NCBI GenBank assembly: GCA_963697555.1
Contig: CAVOOK010000006.1
Coordinates: forward strand, 17,936-81,935
Direction: 5' to 3'
Origin: an uncultured Gammaproteobacteria bacterium
Lineage (GTDB): Bacteria; Pseudomonadota; Gammaproteobacteria; Xanthomonadales; Rhodanobacteraceae
DNA length: 64,000 bases
The notes below the pieces were generated by a model, which was given only the letters and a program-made list of their open reading frames with translations, was not told where the DNA came from and ran no database searches. Each line of letters opens with the position of its first letter. Positions within the stretch are counted from its first letter, which is position 1. This document shows, in pieces, positions 22,470 through 33,031 of this stretch. The translations under genes and the position numbers were made by a program.

Positions 22470-23011
22470 CGGGCGCGGCGCGGCGCGTGCTCTGCCTGTC
22501 TGGCAGCCTGCGCCGGATATCGTCGAATGGGGCGGCGCTTGCGGCCGCGCAACGGCTGGCTCCGCCCGCGCTGGAGCTGGTGCCGTACGAGGGGCTGGGC
22601 ACGCTGCCGCTGTTCAACCCGGATGACGATAACGATCCGCTGCCACCCTCGGTGCTCGCCTTGCGCAACGCCGTCGACCGCGCCGATGCCTTGCTGATCG
22701 CCTGCCCCGAATACGCCCACGGCGTGCCCGGCGTCTTCAAGAACCTGCTGGACTGGCTGGTCGGCAGCGTCGAGTTTCCAGGCAAGCCGATCCTGCTGCT
22801 CAATACCGCGGCGCGCGGTTCGTATCACGCGCAAGAAGCGCTGGCGGAAATCCTCAGCACCATGTCCGCGCAACTGCTGACGTCGCAGCCGATGCCGGTG
22901 CGCCTGCCAGGCGCGGGTTGCACGACGGCGCAGGTGCTGGCCGATGCCGATCGCTGCGCCGAATTGAGTGCAGCGCTGGAGGTCCTCGCCGAAATCCCGC
23001 GCCGGTCGTAG
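22466..23011 (+). CDS. NADPH-dependent FMN reductase
   Basis: [28 protein letters not shown]. Confidence 0.9.
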   Translation: MTGAARRVLCLSGSLRRISSNGAALAAAQRLAPPALELVPYEGLGTLPLFNPDDDNDPLPPSVLALRNAVDRADALLIACPEYAHGVPGVFKNLLDWLVGSVEFPGKPILLLNTAARGSYHAQEALAEILSTMSAQLLTSQPMPVRLPGAGCTTAQVLADADRCAELSAALEVLAEIPRRS

Positions 23012-23092
23012 GAGCCCGCTTGCGGGCGATGCTTTTGAGAACCCGGCCGCCCGAACTCCGGTAAACGGCATCGCCCGCAAGCGGGCTCCTGC
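23008..23092. repeat. REP doublet (REPIN)
   Basis: GTAGGAGCCCGCTTGCGGGCGATGC … GCATCGCCCGCAAGCGGGCTCCTGC: two inverted 25-nt GTAG-type REPs. Confidence 0.85.
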
Positions 23093-23195
23093 AGGCGCAG
23101 GGGCCGACTGGCTGGCGTGGCGGCACCCCGACCATGTATTTTGGCCGCTTTGCGCCCGGCCTGCCGGGCGACATCGCCCACCCGACGGAGCCTCC

Positions 23196-23762
23196 GTGAG
23201 CATCAAACCCGACAAGTGGATCCGGCGCATGGCCGAACAGCACGGCATGATCGAGCCGTTCGAACCCGGCCAGATCAAGTTGCGCGATGGCCAGAAGCTG
23301 GTCTCCTACGGCACGTCGAGCTACGGCTACGACGTGCGTTGCGCACGCGAGTTCAAGATCTTCACCAATATCAACTCGACCATCGTCGACCCGAAGGCGT
23401 TCGACCCGACCAGCTTCGTCGACGTCGAGGCGGACGTATGCATCATTCCGCCCAATTCGTTTGCGCTGGCGCGCACCGTCGAGTTCTTCCGCATCCCGCG
23501 CAAGGTGCTGACCATTTGCCTCGGCAAGAGCACCTACGCGCGCTGCGGCATCATCGTCAACGTGACGCCGCTGGAGCCCGAATGGGAGGGCCATGTGACG
23601 CTGGAGTTCTCCAACACCACGCCGCTGCCCGCGAAAATCTACGCCAACGAAGGGGTGGCGCAGATGCTGTTCCTGGAGTCGGATGAGGAGTGCGAAACCA
23701 GCTACAAGGACCGCGGCGGCAAGTACCAGGGCCAGCAGGGCGTCACCCTGCCGCGCACCTGA
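23196..23762 (+). CDS. dcd: dCTP deaminase
   Basis: GTG start after [37 protein letters not shown]. Confidence 0.95.
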   Translation: MSIKPDKWIRRMAEQHGMIEPFEPGQIKLRDGQKLVSYGTSSYGYDVRCAREFKIFTNINSTIVDPKAFDPTSFVDVEADVCIIPPNSFALARTVEFFRIPRKVLTICLGKSTYARCGIIVNVTPLEPEWEGHVTLEFSNTTPLPAKIYANEGVAQMLFLESDEECETSYKDRGGKYQGQQGVTLPRT

Positions 23763-23861
23763 ATCCGCGAGCTGAACGGCGTGTATTGCGGGCCCCACCA
23801 CGGCGGCGCGCCGGCGGTACACTCCAGCCGATACCACCGAACGATTTGCAAGGAGACCCGC

Positions 23862-24374
23862 ATGATCCGTATTTCCCCGTGGCTGAAGCGCGCCACCGCT
23901 GCGCTCATGCTGGGCAGCCTGCTCGTGCTTGCCGGCTGCCATCGCGGCAGCACCAAGGATGAAGTCAGCGCGGCCTCGATGAAGGGGCAGTTCGACACCA
24001 CGATCAAGGCTTACAAGAGCGGCCAGTTTCTGGTCGACGGCGCCGTGCTTTCGGCGCTGGATACCGGCAGTCATTTCGCCTACCTGAAGGACCAGGGCCA
24101 GTTGCCGAAGACCGTGCTGCTCGAGCGCAGCGACGACTCCAAGATCCGCAAGCAGCATCTCGAATACATGGCGCGCATGCAGCTCGATTACGGTTTCACC
24201 GTGTACTACGACGACGATGGCACGTTGAAGAAGATCAATCCGGTAGCGACGAAAGCGCGTGCGCTCGAGGACTATCACGCCCCGGCCGCCATGCCCGACC
24301 AGATGAAAGGCAAGGACGCCGCCGGCAGCAGCCCGGTGGAGGATCAGCAACAGCGGCAGCAGCAGCAATACTGA
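23862..24374 (+). CDS. hypothetical lipoprotein
   Basis: AAGGAG RBS; lipobox LAGC. Confidence 0.8.
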   Translation: MIRISPWLKRATAALMLGSLLVLAGCHRGSTKDEVSAASMKGQFDTTIKAYKSGQFLVDGAVLSALDTGSHFAYLKDQGQLPKTVLLERSDDSKIRKQHLEYMARMQLDYGFTVYYDDDGTLKKINPVATKARALEDYHAPAAMPDQMKGKDAAGSSPVEDQQQRQQQQY

Positions 24375-24394
24375 CCCTGGCCGGCTTCGCCAGC

Positions 24395-24427
24395 AAAACG
24401 CCCGCGTCTCGCAACGCGGGCGTTTTT
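24395..24427. terminator. bidirectional intrinsic terminator
   Basis: AAAACGCCCGCGT-ctcgca-ACGCGGGCGTTTTT between convergent genes. Confidence 0.85.
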
Positions 24428-24450
24428 CGTGCGGTCATCGCTCGGCGTGG

Positions 24451-24867
24451 TTACGGCGCAAGCGCGTCGCGCAATGTAGCGATCAGGGCTTCTCGTGCGG
24501 TGGGGGCATAGGCGGCTGCCGTTCCCCGACCCCATACCGGCGCCGGCCATGCCGCATCGCCTTCGTTGCGCGCCACCACATGCACATGCAGCTGCCGCAC
24601 GACGATGCCGAGAGCCGCAATGTTGAGCTTTTCACACGGCGCGACCCGGCGCAGCGCCGCCGCCGCGCGGTTTACTTCCCGCCACAAGGCGAGCTGGTCC
24701 GCGTCATCCAGATCGGTGACTTCGACCAGGCCGGCCTGGCGCGGCACCAGGATCAGCCACGGGTAGCGGGCATCGTTCATCAGCAGCACGTCGCACAGCG
24801 GCAACGACGTGACAGGGCAGGTATCCGCGGCCAGTCGCGGATCGAGCACGAAGCCGGCTGCGCTCAT
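24451..24867 (-). CDS. HIT-domain protein
   Basis: LDPRLAAD, PWLILVP, QLHVHVVAR, WPAPVWG. Confidence 0.9.
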   Translation of the reverse strand: MSAAGFVLDPRLAADTCPVTSLPLCDVLLMNDARYPWLILVPRQAGLVEVTDLDDADQLALWREVNRAAAALRRVAPCEKLNIAALGIVVRQLHVHVVARNEGDAAWPAPVWGRGTAAAYAPTAREALIATLRDALAP

Positions 24868-25532
24868 GCGCTGGCCAGGTGCTGGTCGAGGAACGCCAGC
24901 GTGCGCTGCATGGCCAGCTTTGCGCTGGCCTCGTCGTAGCTGGGTCCGACGTCACGGTTGAAGCCGTGGCTGGCGGGATAGGTGAAGGTTTCCATCTGCG
25001 GCAGCAGTTCGCGATGCTTCGCGACCATCTCCGGCGGGATGCTGGTGTCGTTCTCGCCGAAGTGGAACATCACCGGCGCCTTCGGTTGCTCGTGCAGGAA
25101 CGGCAGGTTGCGTGCGCCGTAGTAGCTCACCGAGGGCAGGCCCAGCCGCAACGCGGCCAGCAGCGCCACGGTACCGCCCCAGCAATAGCCGACGGTGCCG
25201 ATCTTGCCGGCTGACGCAATCGCTTCGGCCGCGCTGGCGACATCTTCCAGGGCGCGCTCCAGCCCCAGTTCGTTGGCCAGTTGCTTGCCCTTGGCGGAAC
25301 CGGCCTGGTCGTAGCCCAGCTCCACGCCGGTTTCCAGATGATCGAAGAACGCCGGCGCGATTGCGGTGTAGCCGAGTTCGGCAAAGCGGTCGGCGACGCT
25401 GCGCATGTGCGCGTTGACGCCATAGATTTCCTGGATCACCACGATGCCGCCTTTCGGCTTGCCCTGTGGTTGCGCCAGGTAGGCACCGATGCACTGCGTG
25501 CGCGTGGTGGGAAGGTTGATCTGCTGGCCCAT
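24864..25532 (-). CDS. dienelactone hydrolase family protein
   Basis: QEIYGVN, GYCWGG, HGF. Confidence 0.9.
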   Translation of the reverse strand: MGQQINLPTTRTQCIGAYLAQPQGKPKGGIVVIQEIYGVNAHMRSVADRFAELGYTAIAPAFFDHLETGVELGYDQAGSAKGKQLANELGLERALEDVASAAEAIASAGKIGTVGYCWGGTVALLAALRLGLPSVSYYGARNLPFLHEQPKAPVMFHFGENDTSIPPEMVAKHRELLPQMETFTYPASHGFNRDVGPSYDEASAKLAMQRTLAFLDQHLASA

Positions 25533-25639
25533 GATGGTTTCCCGCAATGGAAGGCTCCCAGCTTAGCGGTCCGGCCGCAGAGCCGGTGCTGACGTATAAT
25601 CGCCTGTTTCCCCGCACGTTTTGACGGTAATCCCAAGCC

Positions 25640-26974
25640 ATGTCCCAGGCCGCACACAAGATCGGTTTCGTCAGCCTCGGCTGTCCCAAGGCGCTGGTCG
25701 ATTCGGAGCGCATCCTCACCCAGCTGAAGGTCGAGGGTTACGAAATCGTGCCCAGCTACGGCGAGGCGGACGCGGTGGTGGTGAACACCTGCGGCTTCAT
25801 CGACGCGGCGGTGCAGGAGTCGCTGGATTCGATCGGCACCGCGTTGAACGAGAACGGCAAGGTCATCGTCACCGGCTGCCTGGGCAAGCGCGAGGGGCTG
25901 ATCCGTGAAGCGTATCCCGACGTGCTGTCGATCAGCGGCCCGCAGGACTACGTCAGCGTGATGACCGCGGTACACACCGCGTTGCCGCCGCAGCGCAACC
26001 GCTTCCTCGACATCGTGCCGGACACCGGCGTCAAGCTGACCCCGAAGCACTACGCGTACCTGAAGATCTCCGAGGGCTGCAATCACCGCTGCAGTTTCTG
26101 CATCATCCCGTCGATGCGCGGCAACCTGGTCTCGCGCCCGGTCGACGAGGTGTTGCTGGAAGCCGAGCGCCTGGTCAAGGGCGGCGTGAAGGAATTGCTG
26201 GTGATCTCGCAGGACACCAGCGCCTACGGCGTCGACCTGAAATATGCCGAACGCGAATGGCGCGGCAAGTCCTACCGCACGCGCATGACCGAACTGTGCG
26301 AGGGCCTGTCGGAACTCGGCGTGTGGACGCGGCTGCACTACGTCTACCCCTATCCGCACGTGGACGAAGTGATGCCGCTGATGGCGCAAGGGAAGCTTCT
26401 GCCGTACCTGGACATCCCGTTCCAGCACGCCAGCCCGCGCATCCTGAAGTTGATGAAGCGGCCGGGCAATATCGACAAGACGCTGGAGCGTATCCAGAAC
26501 TGGCGCAAGCTCGTGCCGGACCTGACCATCCGCAGCACCTTCATCGTGGGCTTTCCCGGCGAGACGGATGCCGAGTTCGAGGAACTGCTCGATTTCCTGC
26601 GCGAGGCGAAGCTCGATCGCGTCGGTGCCTTCGCGTACTCGCCAGTCGACGGCGCCAGGGCCAACGAGCTGCCCGATCCGGTATCCGAGGAATTGAAAGA
26701 AGATCGCCTCGAACAGTTCATGGCGGTGCAGGCGGAAATTTCCGCCGCGAAGCTGCAGCAGAAGATCGGCCGCACCATCACCGTGCTGGTCGACGAGGCG
26801 GGCGCCGAAGGTGCGGTCGCCCGCTCCGCGGCGGATGCGCCGGAGATCGACGGCACCGTGCATATCGCTTGTGGAAATCAGGCGGACGGCCACAGGCTGA
26901 AGCCGGGCCAGTTCGTCGACGTGGTGGTCGAGAGCGCCAGCGAACACGACCTGCACGCACGCCTCGCCAGCTGA
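25640..26974 (+). CDS. rimO: ribosomal protein S12 methylthiotransferase
   Basis: [26 protein letters not shown] radical-SAM motif, APEIDG TRAM. Confidence 0.97.
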   Translation: MSQAAHKIGFVSLGCPKALVDSERILTQLKVEGYEIVPSYGEADAVVVNTCGFIDAAVQESLDSIGTALNENGKVIVTGCLGKREGLIREAYPDVLSISGPQDYVSVMTAVHTALPPQRNRFLDIVPDTGVKLTPKHYAYLKISEGCNHRCSFCIIPSMRGNLVSRPVDEVLLEAERLVKGGVKELLVISQDTSAYGVDLKYAEREWRGKSYRTRMTELCEGLSELGVWTRLHYVYPYPHVDEVMPLMAQGKLLPYLDIPFQHASPRILKLMKRPGNIDKTLERIQNWRKLVPDLTIRSTFIVGFPGETDAEFEELLDFLREAKLDRVGAFAYSPVDGARANELPDPVSEELKEDRLEQFMAVQAEISAAKLQQKIGRTITVLVDEAGAEGAVARSAADAPEIDGTVHIACGNQADGHRLKPGQFVDVVVESASEHDLHARLAS

Positions 26975-26978
26975 TCGC

Positions 26979-27794
26979 ATGCGCTACCACGCGCCGCTGC
27001 GCGAGGCAGTCGATCCGGCGGTGTTCGACCGCTTGCCGCTGGCGGCGTGGGAAGGCCACGCCGGCCTGCTTCAGGGCGCGGGTTGGCCGTCCATTGAAGC
27101 ACTCAACAGCTGCATTTCCGATGGCGTACCACAACGCTTCGTCGCGCAGACGCCCGACCTGCTGGCCGATGGCCTGCACTACGAACAACGCATTGCCGAG
27201 CGTGGCGAAATCGCCACCCGCACCGGCAACTGGCACGACCTGCTCAATGCGCTGGTATGGCTGCGTTATCCGGCGCTGAAGCTGGCGTTGAACCGACGCC
27301 AGATGGCCGAGATCGCCCGCATGGGTTCGAAGCAGCGCTCGCGAGCGCAGTACGCGATGACCCATTTCGACGAGGGCGGCGTCATCGTCGAGGTGCGCGA
27401 TCCGGACTTGCTGGCGTTGTGGGACGCGCATGATTGGCATGGCCTGTTCTGGCGTCGCCGGCAGGCGTGGCTGGATGGTTCGATCCGGCTGGAACTGTTC
27501 GGGCACGCGCTCCTGGAGCTCGCGTTGAATCCGGACAAGTTGCTGGTGGGCAAGGCGCTCGTCTTCGCATCGAACGGCGAGCTCGATGCGGCGGCGATGC
27601 CGGCCCGGTGTGCCGAGGCCATAGCAGCGGGCCGCCTGCTGCACGACCCACTGGAACTGCGGCCGTTGCCGTTGTCGGGCTTGCCGGGCTGGCGTGCCGA
27701 CAATGCGGAAGAGTCGTTCCATCGCAGCACGGTGTGCTACCAGCCGCGCCGCGCCGGGCGCGAGTATCCGCCGGCTTTCCCATTGTCCGGCTGA
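26979..27794 (+). CDS. DUF3025 protein
   Basis: YEQRI…TR..NWHDLLNALVW, THFDEGG, FGHALLE, PLPLSGLPGW. Confidence 0.85.
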   Translation: MRYHAPLREAVDPAVFDRLPLAAWEGHAGLLQGAGWPSIEALNSCISDGVPQRFVAQTPDLLADGLHYEQRIAERGEIATRTGNWHDLLNALVWLRYPALKLALNRRQMAEIARMGSKQRSRAQYAMTHFDEGGVIVEVRDPDLLALWDAHDWHGLFWRRRQAWLDGSIRLELFGHALLELALNPDKLLVGKALVFASNGELDAAAMPARCAEAIAAGRLLHDPLELRPLPLSGLPGWRADNAEESFHRSTVCYQPRRAGREYPPAFPLSG

Positions 27795-27865
27795 CACCCG
27801 TGGCGTGCGCCGGGTCGCAGCCTTCCACTCAGCGAGGCCGGTTCGGCGGGTTGCGACCGGCCGAA

Positions 27866-28381
27866 TCAGTCCGTGCTTTCGGTGCCGTAGTCCACGGACT
27901 GCACCGAAAACTCGGCGGGACCGCCCGGCAACTCCGCGAGAAATTCGTCGCCCACGCGCTTCTTCAGCACCGCCCGCGCCAGCGGCGAGTCGATGCTGAT
28001 CCAGCCAAGCTTCGCATCGGTTTCGTCGGGGCCGACGATGCGGTAGCGGAGGATTTCGCCGGTGTCGGCGTTCTCGAGTTCGATGCGGGCACCGAAGAAC
28101 ACCATGCCGCGATCGCCGGGTGCACCCTCGGCCACCTTGAGCGAGGGGATCCGCTTGCTCAGGTAGCGTGCGCGGCGATCGATTTCGCCCAGCTGCTTCT
28201 TGCGGTAGATGTATTCCGCGTTTTCCGAACGGTCGCCTTCGGCCGCGGCTGCCGCGAGCGCCTTCACCACTTCGGGCCGCAGCACGTGCCACAGGTGGTC
28301 GAGTTCGCTTTTCAGCCGCTCGAAACCCTCGCGCGTGATGATCGCGGTCGAGCCGGGGGAGGGTGGCCGCCAGCGGCTCAT
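27866..28381 (-). CDS. greB: transcription elongation factor GreB
   Basis: [30 protein letters not shown]. Confidence 0.95.
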   Translation of the reverse strand: MSRWRPPSPGSTAIITREGFERLKSELDHLWHVLRPEVVKALAAAAAEGDRSENAEYIYRKKQLGEIDRRARYLSKRIPSLKVAEGAPGDRGMVFFGARIELENADTGEILRYRIVGPDETDAKLGWISIDSPLARAVLKKRVGDEFLAELPGGPAEFSVQSVDYGTESTD

Positions 28382-29628
28382 GCGGGGCTGCCCAGCAATC
28401 GACGTTGCGCGTCGATCTCCGCGCGCAGCGGGTGCTCGGGCCAGGCGGCCACGAGGCGATCCAGCAACGCCGTCGCGTTGGCACGCTGGTCGGCATATTC
28501 GGCGAGCTTGCGGGCGGCCAGCAGGCCGTAGTGCGGCGCCTGCGGATCGCGTGGCCAGCGTGCGAGAAAACCGTTGCACAGGTGCAGCGCGATCCGGCTC
28601 ATGCCCAACCGCGCGGCCAGGTCGGCCAGCTCGCCGCAGGTCCGCGGGTCGTCCGGAATGAATTCGCCGTCGATGCCGCAGCATTCCTGCAACAAGCCCA
28701 GGGCGCGGCGCGATTCGCCTTGCGCGATCAGCGCGGCGATCCAGATCTGGCCGTGCACCAGCAAACCTTCACGCAGGTTCTGCCGCTGCAGCAGGCGACG
28801 ATAGGCCCCGTGCAAAGATGCCGGCGCGACGCGGTCCTGCATCCGCGCGACCAGCAGCGCGGTGGCTGCGGCCGGATCAGTGGCGGAGAGCGCATCGACT
28901 TCCGCCAGCAAGGTTTCATCCGCATCCTGCCCACCGGCCCTGGCCAGCTTCGACGCCTCCGGCTCCAGCCCGAAGCTTTCATGGCGCTGATGGATCATCG
29001 CGCCCATCAGGTGGAACGCCAGCACGATGAGGTAGGTGTAGGCGAAGGCGAACAGCGGCAGCGCCAGCAGCCGGGGCAGCAGCGCGGTGCTGATCGAGGC
29101 AAGCACAATCAGCATGCCCAGCAACAGGTTGATCGCCACGGGAATGAGGTAGGCCGCGCCGAAGCGGCCAATCACGCGCATCCAGTTGAACGGGTTGAGC
29201 GCCAGCGCCAGGTTGCCGTCGAACGCCAGCGACATGTCGATCGCCGGCAGCGCCAGTGCAGACACGATCAGCACCGGCCACAGCAGGCGCGGGAAGAACA
29301 CGATGGCAACCACGCAGAGCGCGACCACCAGCAGATGGATCGCGGTGAGCCCCCAGCCGCTGGCGTCGTTGCCGTCGCTGCCGACATCGGGTGGATCGGC
29401 GTAGCCATGCGCGGTATGCAGCAGGCAGTCGGCGGCGTAGCGCCAGGTGGCGGCCCACACCAGCGCGCTGGCCAGGGCGCCGACCCAGGCAGGCAGCAGG
29501 CCGACGTAGTGGATGAGAGCCAACATCACGCAGGTGGGCAGCGCCGCGCCGCGCAGCGGGTAGCCGAAGCCCGTTCTCAGGCGTTCGCCGAACGGCGTGT
29601 CGGTGGCGACGGTCTCAACGCGAGGCAT
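28378..29628 (-). CDS. membrane protein (multi-TM N-half, TPR-like helical C-half)
   Basis: YPLRG start motif, ~6 TM helices, helical repeats ending AWPEHP. Confidence 0.75.
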   Translation of the reverse strand: MPRVETVATDTPFGERLRTGFGYPLRGAALPTCVMLALIHYVGLLPAWVGALASALVWAATWRYAADCLLHTAHGYADPPDVGSDGNDASGWGLTAIHLLVVALCVVAIVFFPRLLWPVLIVSALALPAIDMSLAFDGNLALALNPFNWMRVIGRFGAAYLIPVAINLLLGMLIVLASISTALLPRLLALPLFAFAYTYLIVLAFHLMGAMIHQRHESFGLEPEASKLARAGGQDADETLLAEVDALSATDPAAATALLVARMQDRVAPASLHGAYRRLLQRQNLREGLLVHGQIWIAALIAQGESRRALGLLQECCGIDGEFIPDDPRTCGELADLAARLGMSRIALHLCNGFLARWPRDPQAPHYGLLAARKLAEYADQRANATALLDRLVAAWPEHPLRAEIDAQRRLLGSPA

Positions 29629-29640
29629 GTCGTCGCGCGC

Positions 29641-31149
29641 TCAGCGCTTGCCGCCGAAGATGCCGCCCAGCACGCCGCGCAGGATCTGCCGGCCGAGCTG
29701 GCTGCCGGCCGTGCGCACCATCTGCTTGCCCATGGTTTCGATCATGCCCTGACGCCGCTTGGTGCCGAACAATGCATCGTGCACGGCGCCACTCCAGCCC
29801 GCATTGGCCTCGCCGGCAGCGCCTTTGGCTGGGGCATCCGTCGACACGGTCGCGGCATCGGCGGCTTTGTCGCTGGCACGCTTGGTCAGCATCTCGGCAG
29901 CCGATGCGCGATTGACGGCGGTGTCGTACTTGCCGCCGACCGGCGAGCGCTGGCGCATGGTGGCGCGTTCGGCCTCGGTGATCGCGCCGATGCGGCAGCA
30001 CGGCGTGGTCACCAGCACCTGTTCCACCGGCGTCGGCACGCCGCCGTCGGCGAGCGTGGAAGCGAGTGCTTCGCCGACGGCCAACCTGGTGATGGCCTCG
30101 GTGACGTCGAGGTTCGGATTGGCCACGAAAGTTTCCGCCGCCGCCTTGACCGCCTTCTGGTCGCGCGGGGTGAACGCGCGCAGCGCGTGCTGGACACGGT
30201 TGCCGAGCTGGCCCAGGATCACGCCGGGCACGTCGTCCGGATTCTGCGAGCAGAAGTACACGCCGACGCCCTTGGAGCGTATCAGTCGCACGACCTGCTC
30301 GACGCGTTGCAGCAATGCCGGCGAGGCGTCATCGAACAGCAGGTGCGCCTCGTCGAAGAAGAACACCATCTTCGGCTGGTCGAGGTCGCCCACCTCGGGC
30401 AGCTGCTCGAACAGCTCGGACAGCAGCCACAGCAGGAACGTGGAATACAGCCGCGGTTTCATGATCAGCTGGTCGGCGGCAAGCACGTTGATGATGCCGC
30501 GCCCGCTCATGTCCTGGCGCATCAGGTCGGCCAGCTCCAGTGCGGGTTCGCCAAAGAACTGGTCGGCGCCATCGCCTTCGAGTTTCAGGACGGCGCGCTG
30601 GATCGCCGCGATGCTTTGCGTGCTGATCAGGCCGTACTGGGTCGAAATGGCCTTGGCATTCTCCGCGGCATAGGTAAGCAGCGCGCGCAGGTCGTCCAGA
30701 TCGAGCAGCAGCCAGCCCTGGTCGTCGGCAGCCTTGAAGATCACTTCCAGCACGCCTTCCTGGGTATCGTTCAATTCCAGCACGCGGCCGAGCAGGGTCG
30801 GGCCCATCTCGCTGATGGTGGCGCGCACCGGATGGCCGAGCTTGCCGTAGATGTCCCAGAACACCACCGGGTTCGCCTGCGGCTTCCAGTCGGTCAGCTT
30901 CAGCTGGGCCAGCCGCGCCTTGAGCTTGTCGCCCGGTTCGCCCGCAGCCATGGACAGGCCGGCCAGATCGCCCTTGGCGTCGGCTAGGAAACACGGCACG
31001 CCGAGTTTCGAAAAGCCTTCGGCCAGCACCATCAGCGAAACGGATTTGCCGGTGCCGGTGGCGCCGGCGATCATGCCGTGGCGATTGCCGTAGCGCGGAT
31101 CGAGATTGACGCTGGCCGTGTCGTTGCGGCCGATCAGGATGTCAGTCAT
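29641..31149 (-). CDS. HerA-like ATPase (DUF853/YjgR)
   Basis: NRHGMIAGATGTGKS, FFFDEAHL, IRSKGVG, QHALRAFTP. Confidence 0.92.
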   Translation of the reverse strand: MTDILIGRNDTASVNLDPRYGNRHGMIAGATGTGKSVSLMVLAEGFSKLGVPCFLADAKGDLAGLSMAAGEPGDKLKARLAQLKLTDWKPQANPVVFWDIYGKLGHPVRATISEMGPTLLGRVLELNDTQEGVLEVIFKAADDQGWLLLDLDDLRALLTYAAENAKAISTQYGLISTQSIAAIQRAVLKLEGDGADQFFGEPALELADLMRQDMSGRGIINVLAADQLIMKPRLYSTFLLWLLSELFEQLPEVGDLDQPKMVFFFDEAHLLFDDASPALLQRVEQVVRLIRSKGVGVYFCSQNPDDVPGVILGQLGNRVQHALRAFTPRDQKAVKAAAETFVANPNLDVTEAITRLAVGEALASTLADGGVPTPVEQVLVTTPCCRIGAITEAERATMRQRSPVGGKYDTAVNRASAAEMLTKRASDKAADAATVSTDAPAKGAAGEANAGWSGAVHDALFGTKRRQGMIETMGKQMVRTAGSQLGRQILRGVLGGIFGGKR

Positions 31150-31302
31150 GGCGTTCCGTCCGTTGGTGGTCGGGCGATTGTAGCCAACCCGGAACGACGG
31201 CCGTTGCGGCGTGGCGCGTTGAGTCGAGAGGCCACGCCCGCTATGGTGGGTGTTTTGCTGCGGGTGAAGTTTCCGATGTCGTCGTGTTTCGTGGTTCGTT
31301 CC

Positions 31303-32751
31303 ATGCGCCCGCTGGCGCTCGCCGTGTCGTTCGGTTTGCTGGGTGCCTGCGCCAGCGCTGGCGGCAGCAAAACATCGGCGCCAGTCGACGCGCTTTACGG
31401 TCAGCTCGATGAAGCCAGCAAGGGTTACGAAACAGCCCTGCAACAATCGCGCGAGGGCAACCTGGATGCCTCACAAATAACGCTGACCCGATCGCTGGAC
31501 CAGCTCAAGGCCGCCGCCGCCCGCTGCGGCAGTACCGCAGGCTGCGATACGCAGCGGTTCTTCTCGGTCTTCGACCGGCTGCTTCGATTGAAGGATGGTG
31601 ATTTCAGCGGCGACCAGGATCTCAACAGCGACGTGGATCCGGCGCAGCGATCCCTGCCCACCGGCAAGACGGGCGCCGCCGCGCTGCCGCAGGCACAGCG
31701 CAGCGTGACGTTGCTGCACGGACAGAAGCTGTCTGAACTCATCGCGATGAACGGCCCGGTCAAGGCAGCGCTGGAAATGTGGCTGACGCAATGGCGCCCG
31801 CAGTTGATGAACGCCTGGGTCAACTACCAATACATGCGCTACCAGATGTGGCCGCAGTACGAAAAGGCCGATCTTCCCGAGGCTCTGCTGTTCGGCATGG
31901 TCGCGAAGGAATCCGGCGGCAAGGTGCACGCGGTGTCCCGTTCCGGCGCGGCCGGGCCGCTGCAGTTCATGTATGCCACGGGCATGCGTTTCGGGTTGGG
32001 CAGCGACGATGGTTTCGACACGCGTTTCGACCCGTCGGCGTCGGCCCGCGCCAATGCCGAATACCTCAACGAGCAGTTGCGCAAGTTCAACAACAACCTC
32101 GAACTCACCATCGGTGCCTACAACACCGGCGAAGGGCGCATGGGCCGGCTCGTCGGCGACAACAGCGCGCTGAGTTTCTACGATCCACGCATTTACAACG
32201 CGCTGCCGCAGGAGACCCGCGACTACGTGCCTTCGGTGCTGGCGGCGGCGTGGTTGTTCATGCATCCGGAAAGCTACAACCTGCGCTTTCCGAAGGTCGA
32301 TGGCGCACCGGGCTCGGTCATCCTGAAGCGGCCGGCGTCGCTGTCCGAACTGACGGTTTGCCTCGGTTCGGCCGATGGCATGAGCGACGGCTGGTTCCGC
32401 ACCTTGCGCAACCTCAACCCCAAACTCGATCCGCAGGCGACCCAGCCGGCGGGTACCCAACTGACCGTGCCGAAGAACCTCCAGAGCGCCTACGCGTCGC
32501 GATGCGTCGACGGTCCCTGGCCGATTCTGGCAGGTGACCTGCACCATGCAGTCATTCCCGTGGTGGCTGCGCCAGTGGCGCCACCGGTGGCGGCGAGCGC
32601 GAGTCGTTACAAAGTGCGTCGCGGCGATTCGCTGGTCAGCATCGTGCGCAACCTGCGCTGCTCGAGCGTGCAGGAAGTGGCCGAGATGAATGGCCTCAAG
32701 CATCACCGCATCCGTACCGGACAGGTATTGAAGCTGCCAGCCTGCCGTTGA
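31303..32751 (+). CDS. MltD-like lytic transglycosylase lipoprotein with C-terminal LysM
   Basis: Lipobox LLGAC, AKESGG, AAGPLQFM, AYNTGEG, ETRDYV, YKVRRGDSL. Confidence 0.9.
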   Translation: MRPLALAVSFGLLGACASAGGSKTSAPVDALYGQLDEASKGYETALQQSREGNLDASQITLTRSLDQLKAAAARCGSTAGCDTQRFFSVFDRLLRLKDGDFSGDQDLNSDVDPAQRSLPTGKTGAAALPQAQRSVTLLHGQKLSELIAMNGPVKAALEMWLTQWRPQLMNAWVNYQYMRYQMWPQYEKADLPEALLFGMVAKESGGKVHAVSRSGAAGPLQFMYATGMRFGLGSDDGFDTRFDPSASARANAEYLNEQLRKFNNNLELTIGAYNTGEGRMGRLVGDNSALSFYDPRIYNALPQETRDYVPSVLAAAWLFMHPESYNLRFPKVDGAPGSVILKRPASLSELTVCLGSADGMSDGWFRTLRNLNPKLDPQATQPAGTQLTVPKNLQSAYASRCVDGPWPILAGDLHHAVIPVVAAPVAPPVAASASRYKVRRGDSLVSIVRNLRCSSVQEVAEMNGLKHHRIRTGQVLKLPACR

Positions 32752-32830
32752 TTCGCCGCGTGGGCTGATGCCCGAACAAGACTCCGCCGGAGCCGGGATC
32801 GATGTGCCGCCGATGAGCGGGTGCTCTCAG

Positions 32831-32930
32831 GGTTGGTGGTTGCCCGGCACGCCAAGGTTCCTGAAGGTCGTTCCGGCATGGACGAGGAGGTAGCAGGTAC
32901 CCGGCCTGGGCGTGCCGATCACCACCGACT
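32831..32930 (+). ncRNA. structured small RNA candidate (possibly Xanthomonadales sX9-type)
   Basis: Nested stems GTTGGTGGT/ACCACCGAC, CGGCACGCCAAGG/CCTGGGCGTGCCG and TCGTTC/GGACGA; G-U pairs favour the + strand. The family name is recalled from synteny, not verified. Confidence 0.55.
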
Positions 32931-33031
32931 CGCTACGACCGTGGTCAGTTCGACCTGATCAATATCGCCGCCAATGCGCGCGATGCCGCTGCCCCATGGC
33001 AGCGTGGGAATTGCCCTGAGCGATGCCTGGC

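Noticed and set aside
28363..30987. 874-aa + strand ORF (and similar long ORFs such as 18478..20682 and 45795..47774)
   Set aside because: Antisense shadows of well-supported genes with no protein motifs.
32831..32930. SRP (4.5S) RNA
   Set aside because: Similar size and hairpin shape, but the conserved CAGG-TCC-GGAA-GGAAGCAGC domain IV sequence is absent.
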